Position numbers and translations under genes: made by a program
Part shown: piece after piece, positions 9,424 to 18,965 of the stretch
How positions within the stretch are numbered: position 1 is the first letter of the stretch
How the letters are laid out: the number at the start of each line of letters is the position of its first letter
IMG/VR virus record: IMGVR_UViG_3300010316_001058
Coordinates: 1-60,259 of that record
Source of the DNA: a virus
Lineage: Duplodnaviria > Caudoviricetes
Length of the DNA: 60,259 nucleotides
Strand: one strand, 5' to 3'
Notes under the pieces: generated by a model
Database searches by the model: none
Told to the model about the DNA's origin: nothing
What the model saw: the letters and a program-made list of their open reading frames with translations, nothing else

Positions 9424-9538
9424 TTGTTGGAAACTTTTCGGTTGCATTAGTGTGAAATTTGATTAAAAAGAGGTTGACAATGGCACCGAAAGGTGCTATT
9501 GTTATTGTATAGGGCAACACACAAGAGGGAACAGCACA

Positions 9539-9697
9539 ATGACTGTTAAGCAACTTAAAGCTAAAATGAATCAAGCGTTTGACAACCATGCCGCAGAACT
9601 TGCCGCAGGCAACACCCAGCAGATCCAAGCAGCTTGGAACGTGTACGCGATTGCAAAGAACACTTATATGGAAGCATATTTTGGGGGCGATGAATGA
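9539..9697 (+). CDS. early hypothetical protein (52 aa, not in ORF track)
   Basis: Follows first promoter cassette and GAGGG SD. Confidence 0.7.
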   Translation: MTVKQLKAKMNQAFDNHAAELAAGNTQQIQAAWNVYAIAKNTYMEAYFGGDE

Positions 9698-9770
9698 AAA
9701 ACGGTTGACACAGCCACAACGCTGTGTTATAGTTAACGTATAGGGCAAACAAACAAGAGGGACTACCGCA

Positions 9771-10085
9771 ATGGCATATGTGATTTACCGCAAAGACACC
9801 ACAGCTATTCCAGCGCAACTGCGTGACAAGGCTTACAAGACACTGCCAGCAGCTAAGGCAGCGCTCACACGTTTCAACACTGCGTGGGCCAAGACACGTG
9901 GCAAGTTGGGCAACGAGCCAGAGGCGCCGCAGTTCACAATGGGCATTGCGGAGGTTGGTTATTATTATGAGAACATTGAGCGCACGGTGACACGTGTCAA
10001 CATGATGAGCGGCAAGAAGTACCAGGAGCGGGTGAACACTTCAATTGCTTGCTCGCCGGCTTCGGAAACCTACTGGTGCTCGTAA
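9771..10085 (+). CDS. early hypothetical protein
   Basis: Own promoter and SD; C-terminal CSPASETYW motif. Confidence 0.8.
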   Translation: MAYVIYRKDTTAIPAQLRDKAYKTLPAAKAALTRFNTAWAKTRGKLGNEPEAPQFTMGIAEVGYYYENIERTVTRVNMMSGKKYQERVNTSIACSPASETYWCS

Positions 10086-10153
10086 GAAAAAGGTTGACAA
10101 TGGCACCGAAAGGTGCTATTGTTATTGTATAGGGCAAACAAGGAGACGACAAC

Positions 10154-10576
10154 ATGAGCTACTGGAACAACGAAGGCACATACGAAGCTGAAGCTGCGAC
10201 ACTGCAAGAGCTTGTACCTGCGCTGGGCAAGTCAGATACATTCAAAGGCGAGATTTGGCGCGCTGCCACAAAGATCTACTACGACTACTTCAACAACGGT
10301 TGGGGCAACAACTGGAAGCAGGCCGCTGCGTTCCTTATCACCAACATCGATCTTGACGAAGCCACACGCGACATGCTGTTCCAGCACGCCAACAACAACA
10401 TGGGCGATGGCTTTGATGAGCAGCTAGACGCGATGATTAACACTGTGATTGTTCAACTGCGCTCAATCGAAGACACGCCTAACACGCAGGACATGTGGGA
10501 GTTCGAAGCTGACTGGGAACTGGATCGCAAGTTTGCTGGCGACAGCAGACGGGCACGGCGCCTTCGACGAAGATGA
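10154..10576 (+). CDS. early hypothetical protein (paralog of 13901-14329)
   Basis: YWNNEGTY..GE..R..YDYFNNG.GN; possible frameshift near 3' end. Confidence 0.8.
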   Translation: MSYWNNEGTYEAEAATLQELVPALGKSDTFKGEIWRAATKIYYDYFNNGWGNNWKQAAAFLITNIDLDEATRDMLFQHANNNMGDGFDEQLDAMINTVIVQLRSIEDTPNTQDMWEFEADWELDRKFAGDSRRARRLRRR

Positions 10577-10658
10577 GGAATATGATTATTAATGGTTGAC
10601 AATGGCACCAAACGGTGCTATTGTTAATGTATAGGCAAACAAACAAGAGGACAGCGAT

Positions 10659-11030
10659 ATGTTTGATCAGTGGAACACCGCAAAGACATTCAAAGCAGGC
10701 CAGTTCGATATCGAGGTCGCGTGGGCATACGAAGATATGCCGTTGCGTGATTGTTTTGACGAGGACTTGTTTGACCTCGAAGACCTACAAGACCGCTGTG
10801 AGCGTTATGTAGACACGCACTATATGGTTCGCGTCCGCGCGCTGTGCGACGGTGTAGAGATGGGGGCAGACTACTTGGGCTCGTGCTACGCAAGTGACTG
10901 CGACCCTGCAGACGACATCGAGCTCGGTATCGACGGCTACTTGGAAGATATGGTAAGCTCAGTTGTAAGCCAAGCGCAGGAAGAAGCTGTAAAGATGTTG
11001 GATCGTCTTAAGGCAGATTTCCTTTCTTAA
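10659..11030 (+). CDS. early hypothetical protein
   Basis: Own promoter and GAGG SD. Confidence 0.8.
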   Translation: MFDQWNTAKTFKAGQFDIEVAWAYEDMPLRDCFDEDLFDLEDLQDRCERYVDTHYMVRVRALCDGVEMGADYLGSCYASDCDPADDIELGIDGYLEDMVSSVVSQAQEEAVKMLDRLKADFLS

Positions 11031-11096
11031 TGGTTGACAATGGCACCAAACGGTGCTATTGTTAATGTATAGGCAAACAAACAAGAGGACGACACA

Positions 11097-11450
11097 ATGG
11101 ACATCACAGTAGCACAGATCCAGGACTGGCTTTCGGAAGCAGAAGAAGCAGCTCGCATCGCAGCCGCAGAAGCATATGCGAAGAATGGCAACTCAGACTG
11201 GGACGCCTGCGGGTTTGGTTGGGTTAACATCTACAAGTTCGAAGGCAAGAACCTAGACGGGCGTTCGCGTTTGGCTAAGCTGCTCAAGAGTGCAGGTGTG
11301 CGTCAGAACTACACACGAGCGTTCGAAGTATGGAACCCAGGTGGTTACGGCGGGCAGAGCATCTCAATCAAAGAAGCTGCGGCCAGTGCCTATGCAGACG
11401 TGTTGATCCGCAAGGGCTTTACTGCCTACGCTGGCTCGCGTATGGATTAA
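11097..11450 (+). CDS. early hypothetical protein
   Basis: Own promoter and SD; CGFGWV..QS..KEAAA.AYA..SRMD. Confidence 0.8.
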   Translation: MDITVAQIQDWLSEAEEAARIAAAEAYAKNGNSDWDACGFGWVNIYKFEGKNLDGRSRLAKLLKSAGVRQNYTRAFEVWNPGGYGGQSISIKEAAASAYADVLIRKGFTAYAGSRMD

Positions 11451-11513
11451 TGGTTGACAGCACTGCGCTGTGGTGCTATTGTATATGAGTAGGGCAACAC
11501 AAAGGAACGACAT

Positions 11514-11717
11514 ATGAAACCGATCCGCGAAGTAACCAACAAGATCCACGCTGCTATTGCAGAAGGTACATTGGATCCATTGCAGGTAGCTGAAGCTGCA
11601 CTGCGTTTTCTCAGCGAGGACGATGTAGCCACAATGGCACACAACGAAGAGTTCTTCCTCTACGAAGAAGAGTTCTTGGAAGGCGACGACGACTTTGCAC
11701 TCATGGAGGACTTCTAA
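11514..11717 (+). CDS. early hypothetical protein
   Basis: Own promoter and SD, acidic tail. Confidence 0.75.
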   Translation: MKPIREVTNKIHAAIAEGTLDPLQVAEAALRFLSEDDVATMAHNEEFFLYEEEFLEGDDDFALMEDF

Positions 11718-11786
11718 AAAAGAGGTTGACACAGCCCTAGGGCTGTGCTATTGTAAGTTATAGGGCAACATAACAAGGGATACACT

Positions 11787-11951
11787 ATGTATAAAATCAC
11801 AGTTACTAAAGACGCGGATCCAGGCCTTGCAGGAATACCAGCCGTCATAACGGGTGTAACCGACGATGGCGTAGAACTGGTTCTACGGTTTGATGAGGGC
11901 TCGGGACTTTTTGCTCATCCCAAGAACGTTGTCCTACTGAAAAACAAATGA
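11787..11951 (+). CDS. early hypothetical protein (54 aa, not in ORF track)
   Basis: Own promoter and AAGGGA SD. Confidence 0.65.
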   Translation: MYKITVTKDADPGLAGIPAVITGVTDDGVELVLRFDEGSGLFAHPKNVVLLKNK

Positions 11952-12015
11952 TTGACATTGCGCCGCTCCAGTGCTATAGTATTGGAGTAGGGCAACGCAC
12001 ACAAAGGAACCGCAT

Positions 12016-12210
12016 ATGGACAAGATTCGTGCTGAGAAATGGCAGAAACTGATCGACCTGCTGGACGAAGCAGATGGGCTCCAGCAAGAGCTGTTGGGCG
12101 ATGTAGACGAGTTTGCTTGTAAAGAGTTCCACGAAGCTATCACAGCTATCGCCGAAGACTTGGAAGGTTGGGCTGCTGAAGAAGAAAAAGAGGTTGACAC
12201 TACTGCGTAG
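12016..12210 (+). CDS. early acidic hypothetical protein
   Basis: Own promoter and SD. Confidence 0.75.
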   Translation: MDKIRAEKWQKLIDLLDEADGLQQELLGDVDEFACKEFHEAITAIAEDLEGWAAEEEKEVDTTA

Positions 12211-12254
12211 ACGTGCTATAACTTACAAGTAAACAGCAACAAGAGGGACACAAG

Positions 12255-12530
12255 ATGCTGACACTGGAAAACACTGTTCGTTCGTATAGCGGCAAGCTTG
12301 GCTGTATGTGTGGCTGCAATGGCACCTACAACGAAGGTAGCCGTGCTCGCAAGATGGCTATCACTGCACTGCTGAAGAACCCAGACGTGCAACTGCAAGC
12401 GTGGAACCGAGGACGCGGCGACGATGCGGGCTGCTTGTTCGTTGACACTGCTACTCGCACCCGTGTGCTGTACCTCAATGAAGAGGGTGTTGCTGTTGCT
12501 CGTGCTTTGGGCGTTGGAGAAGTAGAATAA
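12255..12530 (+). CDS. early hypothetical protein with GCMCGC motif
   Basis: YSGKLGCMCGCNGTY; own promoter and SD. Confidence 0.8.
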   Translation: MLTLENTVRSYSGKLGCMCGCNGTYNEGSRARKMAITALLKNPDVQLQAWNRGRGDDAGCLFVDTATRTRVLYLNEEGVAVARALGVGEVE

Positions 12531-12599
12531 ATGGTTGACACAGCCTTAGGGCTGTGTTATTGTATATGAGTAGGGCAACACGCATACAAGGAGCATGAT

Positions 12600-12824
12600 A
12601 TGCAAATCACAGTAAACATCGATGCCTATCTAAATAAGCAGCAGCTGGAGCGTATTGCAGGTGACTCAATTGCAGCCAAGCTGGATACCATTGTGCAGCA
12701 TTTGTCAAATGAGTTCGGTGTGTATGCCGATGCAGGGCAGTCTGCCAGCGGGCTATGGATTGAGTTGGATGAAGGCTCGCCTGTGGACTTTGTCAAAGGC
12801 TTAGACACTTACAAGTTCTTTTGA
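12600..12824 (+). CDS. early hypothetical protein
   Basis: Own promoter and SD. Confidence 0.75.
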   Translation: MQITVNIDAYLNKQQLERIAGDSIAAKLDTIVQHLSNEFGVYADAGQSASGLWIELDEGSPVDFVKGLDTYKFF

Positions 12825-12894
12825 AAAAGAGGTTGACACAGCCTTAGGGCTGTGTTATTGTAAGACATAGGGCAACACACAAGGGAACGACATA

Positions 12895-13323
12895 ATGGCA
12901 TATGTAAGCAAAGACACCAAAGCAGCGTTGGCACCAGCAATCAAAGCAGTGCTTAAGAAGTACGCTGTCAAAGGCACCATCGCAGTTCGCAATCACAGCA
13001 GCTTGGTAGTCAACCTGCGCAGTGGCGCATTGGACTTGATTGGTGATGCCAACGCTTGGAACCAGCAGTATGCAGAGCGCACAGGACAGCGAGCTCACCC
13101 TGTGACTGACTACTACCAAGTGAACCCGTACTATGCAGGCACAGAGCACAGCGTTGACCCGCGTGTAGGCGAGTTCTTCGAAGAGCTGATTGCTGCAATG
13201 AAAGGCAACCTGTGGTACAATAACAGTGACGCACAGATCGACTACTTCGACACAGCCTACTACCTGGACATCAATGTAGGCAAGTGGGACAAGCCCTACG
13301 TGTTGGAAAAAGAATACGCATAA
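12895..13323 (+). CDS. early hypothetical protein (paralog of 22160-22510)
   Basis: MAYVSKDTKAALAPAIKAVLKKY..SDAQIDYFD..DINVGKWDKPY. Confidence 0.85.
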   Translation: MAYVSKDTKAALAPAIKAVLKKYAVKGTIAVRNHSSLVVNLRSGALDLIGDANAWNQQYAERTGQRAHPVTDYYQVNPYYAGTEHSVDPRVGEFFEELIAAMKGNLWYNNSDAQIDYFDTAYYLDINVGKWDKPYVLEKEYA

Positions 13324-13391
13324 ACTGGTTGACACTGCTCTACTCCGGTGCTATAGTATTGGAGTAGGGCAACGCACAAGAGGAGCACACA

Positions 13392-13598
13392 ATGCGTTCA
13401 ATGAAAGTATACGGTATCAAAGACGGCGGTGCAGAGCAGTATGTGGACACAGTCTACTCAGCTGCTGAAGGCAAGCAGGTTCACGTGCTGATGAAGCTGC
13501 AAGGCCACTTCGACGAGATGGTTGTGCGTGATGCGCTGGGTGGCAAGCAGATGCACCGCGACTTGCGTGTTGATCAAAGTCTTATGCAGCCTGCATAA
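13392..13598 (+). CDS. early hypothetical protein
   Basis: Own promoter and AGGAG SD. Confidence 0.75.
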   Translation: MRSMKVYGIKDGGAEQYVDTVYSAAEGKQVHVLMKLQGHFDEMVVRDALGGKQMHRDLRVDQSLMQPA

Positions 13599-13670
13599 TA
13601 ATGGTTGACACTGCTCTACTCCAGTGCTATAGTATTGGAGTAGGGCAACATAACAAGAGGGAAACACGTT

Positions 13671-13829
13671 ATGGATTATATCTTTGAAATTATGCAGCTG
13701 GACAATGACAAGATTGCGCCGGCTATGCAGAAGTTGAACGAACTGCAAGCAGAGTTCCATTCTGCACCCTACGACCAGGCCCGTATTGATCGACTGGAAT
13801 ATGAACTGGAACGGATGATTAACGAATAA
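13671..13829 (+). CDS. early hypothetical protein (52 aa, not in ORF track)
   Basis: Own promoter; leader identical to that of 13901. Confidence 0.65.
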   Translation: MDYIFEIMQLDNDKIAPAMQKLNELQAEFHSAPYDQARIDRLEYELERMINE

Positions 13830-13900
13830 AGGTGTTGACAGCATCAGTGCTTGATGCTATAACTAACACATAGGGCAACATAACAAGAGGGAAACACGTT

Positions 13901-14329
13901 ATGGAAAACATTTACTGGCACAACAAAGGCAAGTACCAAGCAGACTACGCACGCCTTTGCGAAGCATTGATTCCTGGAATGGGCAACTGCGAAACTGTAG
14001 CAGGAGAGATGCTGCGCTGTGTATCACGCCTTGCACACGACCTTTACAACAACGGTATGGGCAACAACACGTCAGGCGCTGTGAACTTCCTCAAAGCCAA
14101 AGGCGCTATTGACAGCAACACTCACGCAACCATCTACGAATACACACGTGGCCTGCTGTATGACGGGCGCTACAAAGGCGACAGCTTGCAGGTTGCTGTA
14201 GAGCACGCCATTGACAGTGCAATGGAGCTCATCCTTGCACACCCTGTGCTGGCTACCCTGCCCAACACGGAAGACATGTTCGACTACGAGGATCCCGAGG
14301 AAGTGTACGAGGACGACTACTACGCATAA
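13901..14329 (+). CDS. early hypothetical protein (paralog of 10154-10576)
   Basis: YWHNKGKYQ..GEMLR..HDLYNNGMGN. Confidence 0.8.
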   Translation: MENIYWHNKGKYQADYARLCEALIPGMGNCETVAGEMLRCVSRLAHDLYNNGMGNNTSGAVNFLKAKGAIDSNTHATIYEYTRGLLYDGRYKGDSLQVAVEHAIDSAMELILAHPVLATLPNTEDMFDYEDPEEVYEDDYYA

Positions 14330-14420
14330 GAGATCCCTCAGAGCAGCGTGTTAAAAATGGTTGACACGCTGCTCAACTCGTGCTATAACTAACACATAGG
14401 GCAACAAAGAGGACACTGCT

Positions 14421-14702
14421 ATGTCGATGATGGACTACTACCTCTACTATGACGAAGATCAGGACTGTGCTGAAGAGGCAATGCCCGAGCACACGCCTGT
14501 TGAGCCTGTGCACCTGTTGGAACTGTATCAACGTGGTCTGCTCCAGCTGCGCGAAGTGTTCAGTCACCGGGGGTGGCATCACAAGCTCACGCTGATGCAG
14601 TGGACAGACACTGGCGACGAGTATAACGCTCAGATGTGGGACGGGCCCACGGGCGAAGAATATGGGTGTCACGATGTTGAAAAATACAATGAATGGGGTT
14701 GA
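14421..14702 (+). CDS. early hypothetical protein
   Basis: Own promoter and SD. Confidence 0.7.
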   Translation: MSMMDYYLYYDEDQDCAEEAMPEHTPVEPVHLLELYQRGLLQLREVFSHRGWHHKLTLMQWTDTGDEYNAQMWDGPTGEEYGCHDVEKYNEWG

Positions 14703-14758
14703 CACGCTGCTCAACTCCTGCTATAACTAACACATAGGGCAACAAAGAGGACTACACT

Positions 14759-15001
14759 ATGAGCCATATGACTGCACTGAAAGAAATGTTTCCGCGCACA
14801 GACAACACCCGTCACTCCGCGTTCTGCGAGCGTGTTCCAATGGACCTATTTGAAGCAATGGAATCCGAACTGCGCACAGAGATGCGAGCAAAGGGCTACC
14901 GTGCCATGTATCGCGGTCCGCGTGTGAGCAACGATACCCGCGGCATTCCTTCAATGACACGGCGCTGCGATGCGACTCACGTGTTGCTGTATCGCAAATA
15001 A
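14759..15001 (+). CDS. early hypothetical protein
   Basis: Own promoter and SD; YRGPR motif. Confidence 0.75.
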   Translation: MSHMTALKEMFPRTDNTRHSAFCERVPMDLFEAMESELRTEMRAKGYRAMYRGPRVSNDTRGIPSMTRRCDATHVLLYRK

Positions 15002-15075
15002 ATGGTTGACACAGCCTAAGGGTTGTGCTATATTAAACAAGTAGACAGAAACACAGTGTAGAGGGAATATACACA

Positions 15076-15501
15076 ATGGGAACTCGTTCAACAATCGCAA
15101 TTGAAAACGCAGACGGCACAGTCACTGGCATCTATTGTCACTGGGATGGCTACCTCAGCAACAACGGCCGTATCCTGCAAGAGAACTACACAGACGAAGC
15201 TAAGGTGCGTGAACTGATCGCACTAGGCGACCTTAGCAGCTTGGGCGAGACTGTTGGCACCAAGCACAGCTTCGACAATGCTCCTCGCAACGAGTGCAAC
15301 GCTTACGGGCGCGATCGCGGCGAGAAGGATGTGGGTCCTGCGAGCTATGACACCTACGCAAACTTCCTTGACGTGATGGGGCAGGAGTTCGACTACTTGT
15401 TTGTGCCCGGCAAGGGCTGGCAAGTGCGCTACTTTGGCGAGTGGGAAAATACCGAAAGCCCGCTTGCAGAAGCACTGGTTAAGGACGCAGAAGAAGCGTA
15501 A
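15076..15501 (+). CDS. conserved phage protein (MGTRS..YCHWDGY family)
   Basis: MGTRSTIA, IYCHWDGY, AYGRDRGE, EFDYLF. Confidence 0.85.
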   Translation: MGTRSTIAIENADGTVTGIYCHWDGYLSNNGRILQENYTDEAKVRELIALGDLSSLGETVGTKHSFDNAPRNECNAYGRDRGEKDVGPASYDTYANFLDVMGQEFDYLFVPGKGWQVRYFGEWENTESPLAEALVKDAEEA

Positions 15502-15577
15502 GGCCGCGCTGCTATATATACACAAGCAGGTTGACAGAACGATCTGCTTGTGTTATACTAAACGCACAACAAAGGTA

Positions 15578-16123
15578 ATGGAGGGTAGTACCATACCAAA
15601 TTGGAATTCGAATGTAATCATCATTGATGGACCTGCGGATAAGATCCGTGCGCTGTGGGACGCTGCACAACCTGCAGAAGGCAACGACGGCTCACTGCTG
15701 GAAGCAATGGCGCCCATCGGCGAGTGGGACTACGATACTGCTGTTACTGCTTGGGGCACCAAGTGGGATGTGTCGATGGAAGGGCTTCAGCTCATTGAAG
15801 GCGGCGACGGCACTGCGAGCATTCAGGGCTATGCTGACTCAGCTTGGGGCCCGCCCATTGAAGCGTTCCAGACCTATGCTGCGGCCAACGACGATGTGTT
15901 CCTGTCGCTGAAATACTTTGAACCCGGTATGAGCTTTATCGGACAGTGGGATTCAGAAGCAGGTGACGACTACTGGGAAGACGTGGGCAGCTTGCTGGAG
16001 ACTACTGCTGAGTCTGATCCGTTCCTTTACGAGCTTATGGAAGAGTTCGACGTGTGGGGTTGGTTTGACGACGAGGAAGAGGAAGACGAGACTGCTGAAG
16101 AGATCGAACTTAGCGAAGAATAA
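15578..16123 (+). CDS. DUF1281/YubB ferredoxin-like domain protein
   Basis: PNW.SN, WGTKWD, SAWGPP, YFEPG motifs; true start uncertain (ATG 15578 or ATA 15593). Confidence 0.75.
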   Translation: MEGSTIPNWNSNVIIIDGPADKIRALWDAAQPAEGNDGSLLEAMAPIGEWDYDTAVTAWGTKWDVSMEGLQLIEGGDGTASIQGYADSAWGPPIEAFQTYAAANDDVFLSLKYFEPGMSFIGQWDSEAGDDYWEDVGSLLETTAESDPFLYELMEEFDVWGWFDDEEEEDETAEEIELSEE

Positions 16124-16182
16124 TGGTTGACACTAGGCCCTCCTTATGCTATTTTGTATAAGTAACGCAAGGAGGGCATCAA

Positions 16183-16332
16183 ATGCGCATCACAATCAAA
16201 GCTGAAGACATCACTGTTCGCAACCGTGCTTATGGCGAGGCACGTTCGCAAGGGCGTCTTGCTACTCGCAGCATCTGCGACAAGACCAAATATCGCCGCA
16301 AAGAAAAACACAAAAAGAAGTTGACAGACTAG
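16183..16332 (+). CDS. small basic protein (49 aa, not in ORF track)
   Basis: AAGGAGG SD; ends DKTKYRRKEKHKK. Confidence 0.65.
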   Translation: MRITIKAEDITVRNRAYGEARSQGRLATRSICDKTKYRRKEKHKKKLTD

Positions 16333-16378
16333 GCCCTAGGTGCTATAACTAACACATAAGCAACGAGAGGGACACAAG

Positions 16379-16594
16379 ATGCTTTACGTAGATGTTAAGA
16401 CTGTAACTGCAACTGAAGACGGTTTGTTTACTGTGGTACTTGCGTGTGACGGCGTAGAGGTGCAGTGCGAAGGCGTAGCGTGGTTTGACGCAGCATACGA
16501 CGAAGACGAGCTGATAGCAGTGTTTGAAGAATGGCAAGACTTGGCGCTTGAGCCCGAAGAAGGCTATACTTTTGTAGGCGAAACAGTATTGTAA
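16379..16594 (+). CDS. early acidic hypothetical protein
   Basis: Own promoter and SD. Confidence 0.75.
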   Translation: MLYVDVKTVTATEDGLFTVVLACDGVEVQCEGVAWFDAAYDEDELIAVFEEWQDLALEPEEGYTFVGETVL

Positions 16595-16734
16595 AAAAAT
16601 AGCAGTGCAGGCAAAATAACGCTTGCACTGCTCGTCATATGCTATAACTAACACATAGGGCAACACACAGAAGGAACTACACAATGGCACCGAAAGGTGC
16701 TATTGTTATTGTATAGGCAAACAAGGAGACGACG

Positions 16735-16890
16735 ATGACTAATGAGTATGTTGCGGAGCGGGTCAAGCGGTTGCTAGCGAACGAGATTGAAGACAACGAG
16801 ACTGAGATGGAGATGCTGACTGTGCTGCCCGATGGCTCACTTAAGGTGTATGGCTTCACTGGCGAAGCTGTTATAATTAATTTCAAATAA
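16735..16890 (+). CDS. early hypothetical protein (51 aa, not in ORF track)
   Basis: AAGGAG SD after fused promoter scar. Confidence 0.65.
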   Translation: MTNEYVAERVKRLLANEIEDNETEMEMLTVLPDGSLKVYGFTGEAVIINFK

Positions 16891-16959
16891 GGGGTTGACA
16901 TTGGCACCAAAGGGTGCTATATTAAGTTATAGGGCAAACAAACAAAGAGGGACTACACA

Positions 16960-17175
16960 ATGGCTAACATGAGCTACTGCCGCTTCCAAAACACTGTACA
17001 AGATCTTCAGGATTGCTTCTACGCAATCGAAGAAGCTATTGAGCAGGGCGAGAGCATGGATCTTAGTGATGATGAGAAGCGCGCCTTCAATCGCATGTTC
17101 AACTTGATGGAGGACATGATGCCGATGATGGAAGCAGTCACTGAGCTCGAAGATGAGTTGGAGGCTGCTGAATGA
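16960..17175 (+). CDS. conserved phage protein (NMSYCRFQNT family)
   Basis: MANMSYCRFQNT..DL.DC..LSDDE. Confidence 0.85.
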   Translation: MANMSYCRFQNTVQDLQDCFYAIEEAIEQGESMDLSDDEKRAFNRMFNLMEDMMPMMEAVTELEDELEAAE

Positions 17176-17363
17176 GCTGGGACCGCACAGGGGAGAGTGT
17201 CACTGGCGCATACCTTGAACAGTTCGACTTCACAGGCGTCGTTGAGTCGTCGCGTGTGACCTATGGTGGAGCAATTCAGCACACCATCTTACTTGGTAAT
17301 GAAATTATTGTATTCGATGTGGCGCGTGAACGCCTGTTGGTACTTGAAGGAGACTTGAAATGA
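17172..17363 (+). CDS. early hypothetical protein
   Basis: ATGA overlap, GGAGG SD. Confidence 0.75.
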   Translation: MSWDRTGESVTGAYLEQFDFTGVVESSRVTYGGAIQHTILLGNEIIVFDVARERLLVLEGDLK

Positions 17364-17552
17364 TTACTGCACTTATCGGTATGTTCGCTATCCCCTTGAT
17401 GCCCGTTGCTATCGGAATGGTGTATGCTTAACATCCGCGGCGCCGAGCACCGTGCGATCTACGACAGCATTCCTTAAACAAAATGGTTGACAATGGCACC
17501 GAAAGGTGCTATTGTTATTGTATAGGGCAAACAAGCTAAAGGAGTTTAGCAC

Positions 17553-17840
17553 ATGGGACGCAAGACAATTGAAGTTGGCAAGCTGTTGAAGATTGCAAAT
17601 AACTTCCTCGCAGCAGAAGCAACAACCGCCGAAGAGCGCGAAGGCGTCTGTTCTATCATCGAAGCGGCGCTGTTCGAAAGCGGCAACTATGAAGGCTTCC
17701 GCTACCTCGAGCAAGAGCATCACGCAGACGGCACGTTGAAGACATTGGGCTGCGGCTCACGACGCTATTACTTCACTAACAAGGTCACGCAAGAAGCCTT
17801 TGCCGCCGAAGACCGTAACATCAACAAGATTCGCGTGTAA
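17553..17840 (+). CDS. early hypothetical protein
   Basis: Own promoter and SD; GNYEGFRYL. Confidence 0.8.
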   Translation: MGRKTIEVGKLLKIANNFLAAEATTAEEREGVCSIIEAALFESGNYEGFRYLEQEHHADGTLKTLGCGSRRYYFTNKVTQEAFAAEDRNINKIRV

Positions 17841-17902
17841 GAGGTTGACAGCAGCCGCAGAGATGCTATTATAAACAAGTAGACAACAAAGAGGGTACTT
17901 AT

Positions 17903-18103
17903 ATGTCGACTATCGAACAACGAGCTGACTGGGCAATGGCCGCAGCGGACAACATCGATCGCAACCTTGCTGACGCAGTGGACGGCGACCTCGACAACAT
18001 CCAAGAACATATGTACACCTTAGCGCACGACGGCGCAGTGGATGCCGGCGCTACAATGGAAGACGCAACAGAAATCGCAATCATGCTAGCAGGAGAACAA
18101 TAA
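17903..18103 (+). CDS. early hypothetical protein
   Basis: Own promoter and SD. Confidence 0.75.
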   Translation: MSTIEQRADWAMAAADNIDRNLADAVDGDLDNIQEHMYTLAHDGAVDAGATMEDATEIAIMLAGEQ

Positions 18104-18291
18104 TGTTTACAGTTTACTTTGCCCGTGGGTACTTCAACGAAGAGATCGTGGCTACATGCCGCACAGAAGAAGCAGCAGTTGCCCGAGCAGACGAAGAGTT
18201 TGCTAACGGTAGCCGCGACATTGAGGTCTACGATAGCGCAGGTGTGTGCATCTACGTAGCCGACGAAGAAGTGTTGTTCGACGAATATTAA
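18103..18291 (+). CDS. early hypothetical protein
   Basis: TAATG overlap, AGGAG SD. Confidence 0.7.
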   Translation: MFTVYFARGYFNEEIVATCRTEEAAVARADEEFANGSRDIEVYDSAGVCIYVADEEVLFDEY

Positions 18292-18359
18292 TGGTTGACA
18301 GCCACTAGTGATCGTGCTATATTAAGTTATAGGCAAACAAACAAAGAGGGTACTACACA

Positions 18360-18644
18360 ATGTCAAATGTACGCACAGCAATCCAAGCAATCCGCGGTAT
18401 GAGCAACGACGAGATCAATGAGATCATGGAAGCGATCCGGCTCCAGCGTAACTTTAACTCAAAGGACGCTGTGCGTTCGTTTATGGTCGGCGACACTGTC
18501 AAATTCAACGCTGGTCCACGCCGCGGTATGCGCTACGGCACTGTTACCAAAGTCAACATCAAAAACATCAAGGTGCGCACCACAGACGGTGCCAACTGGA
18601 ATGTTGCTGCTACGCTGCTGGAACAGGATACTTCCAAAGCGTAA
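18360..18644 (+). CDS. early protein with SH3/KOW-like C-terminal barrel
   Basis: FMVGDTVKF..GTVTKVNIKNIKV..WNVAATLL. Confidence 0.75.
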   Translation: MSNVRTAIQAIRGMSNDEINEIMEAIRLQRNFNSKDAVRSFMVGDTVKFNAGPRRGMRYGTVTKVNIKNIKVRTTDGANWNVAATLLEQDTSKA

Positions 18645-18705
18645 CACATCACCAGCAGGGCTTAGGCCCTGCTTCACCGCCGATATCATAACTAGGAGAG
18701 AACAG

Positions 18706-18876
18706 ATGTCAAAGAGTATTGTTAATCAGATTACCTCAATGAGCGAACGGCGGATCGAACAACTGGCAGCATCACTTTACGCTGCTGACCCAGCACAGGC
18801 AATGGCACTGGCCAAAGCGATTGGGTTCGAAGATATGGAAGCCATGCTAGACAGCCGGGAGGGTGTTGCGGTATAA
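18706..18876 (+). CDS. hypothetical protein (56 aa)
   Basis: AGGAG SD before ATG 18706. Confidence 0.6.
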   Translation: MSKSIVNQITSMSERRIEQLAASLYAADPAQAMALAKAIGFEDMEAMLDSREGVAV

Positions 18877-18879
18877 ATA
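18872..18879 (+). promoter_or_regulatory. T4-type late promoter upstream of tRNA cluster
   Basis: TATAAATA 6 nt before first tRNA. Confidence 0.7.
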
Positions 18880-18885
18880 GACTAC

Positions 18886-18962
18886 GCTCCAGTAGCACAA
18901 TTGGTTAGTGCATTCCGCTCATAACGGAACGGTTGTAGGTTCAAGTCCTACCTGGAGCACCA
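18886..18962 (+). tRNA. tRNA anticodon CAT (elongator Met or Ile2)
   Basis: GCTCCAG/CTGGAGC acceptor, TTCCG-CTCATAA-CGGAA anticodon arm, GGTTCAAGTCC, encoded CCA. Confidence 0.92.
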
Positions 18963-18965
18963 TAC

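Noticed and set aside
10540-10591. Programmed frameshift giving an acidic tail to 10154 gene
   Set aside because: No slippery sequence; more likely a simple indel or sequencing error, which also cautions on the other frameshifts
16183-16332. ArfA ribosome-rescue factor
   Set aside because: Only a short basic KY.RK.KH resemblance, lacking the KGKGS motif
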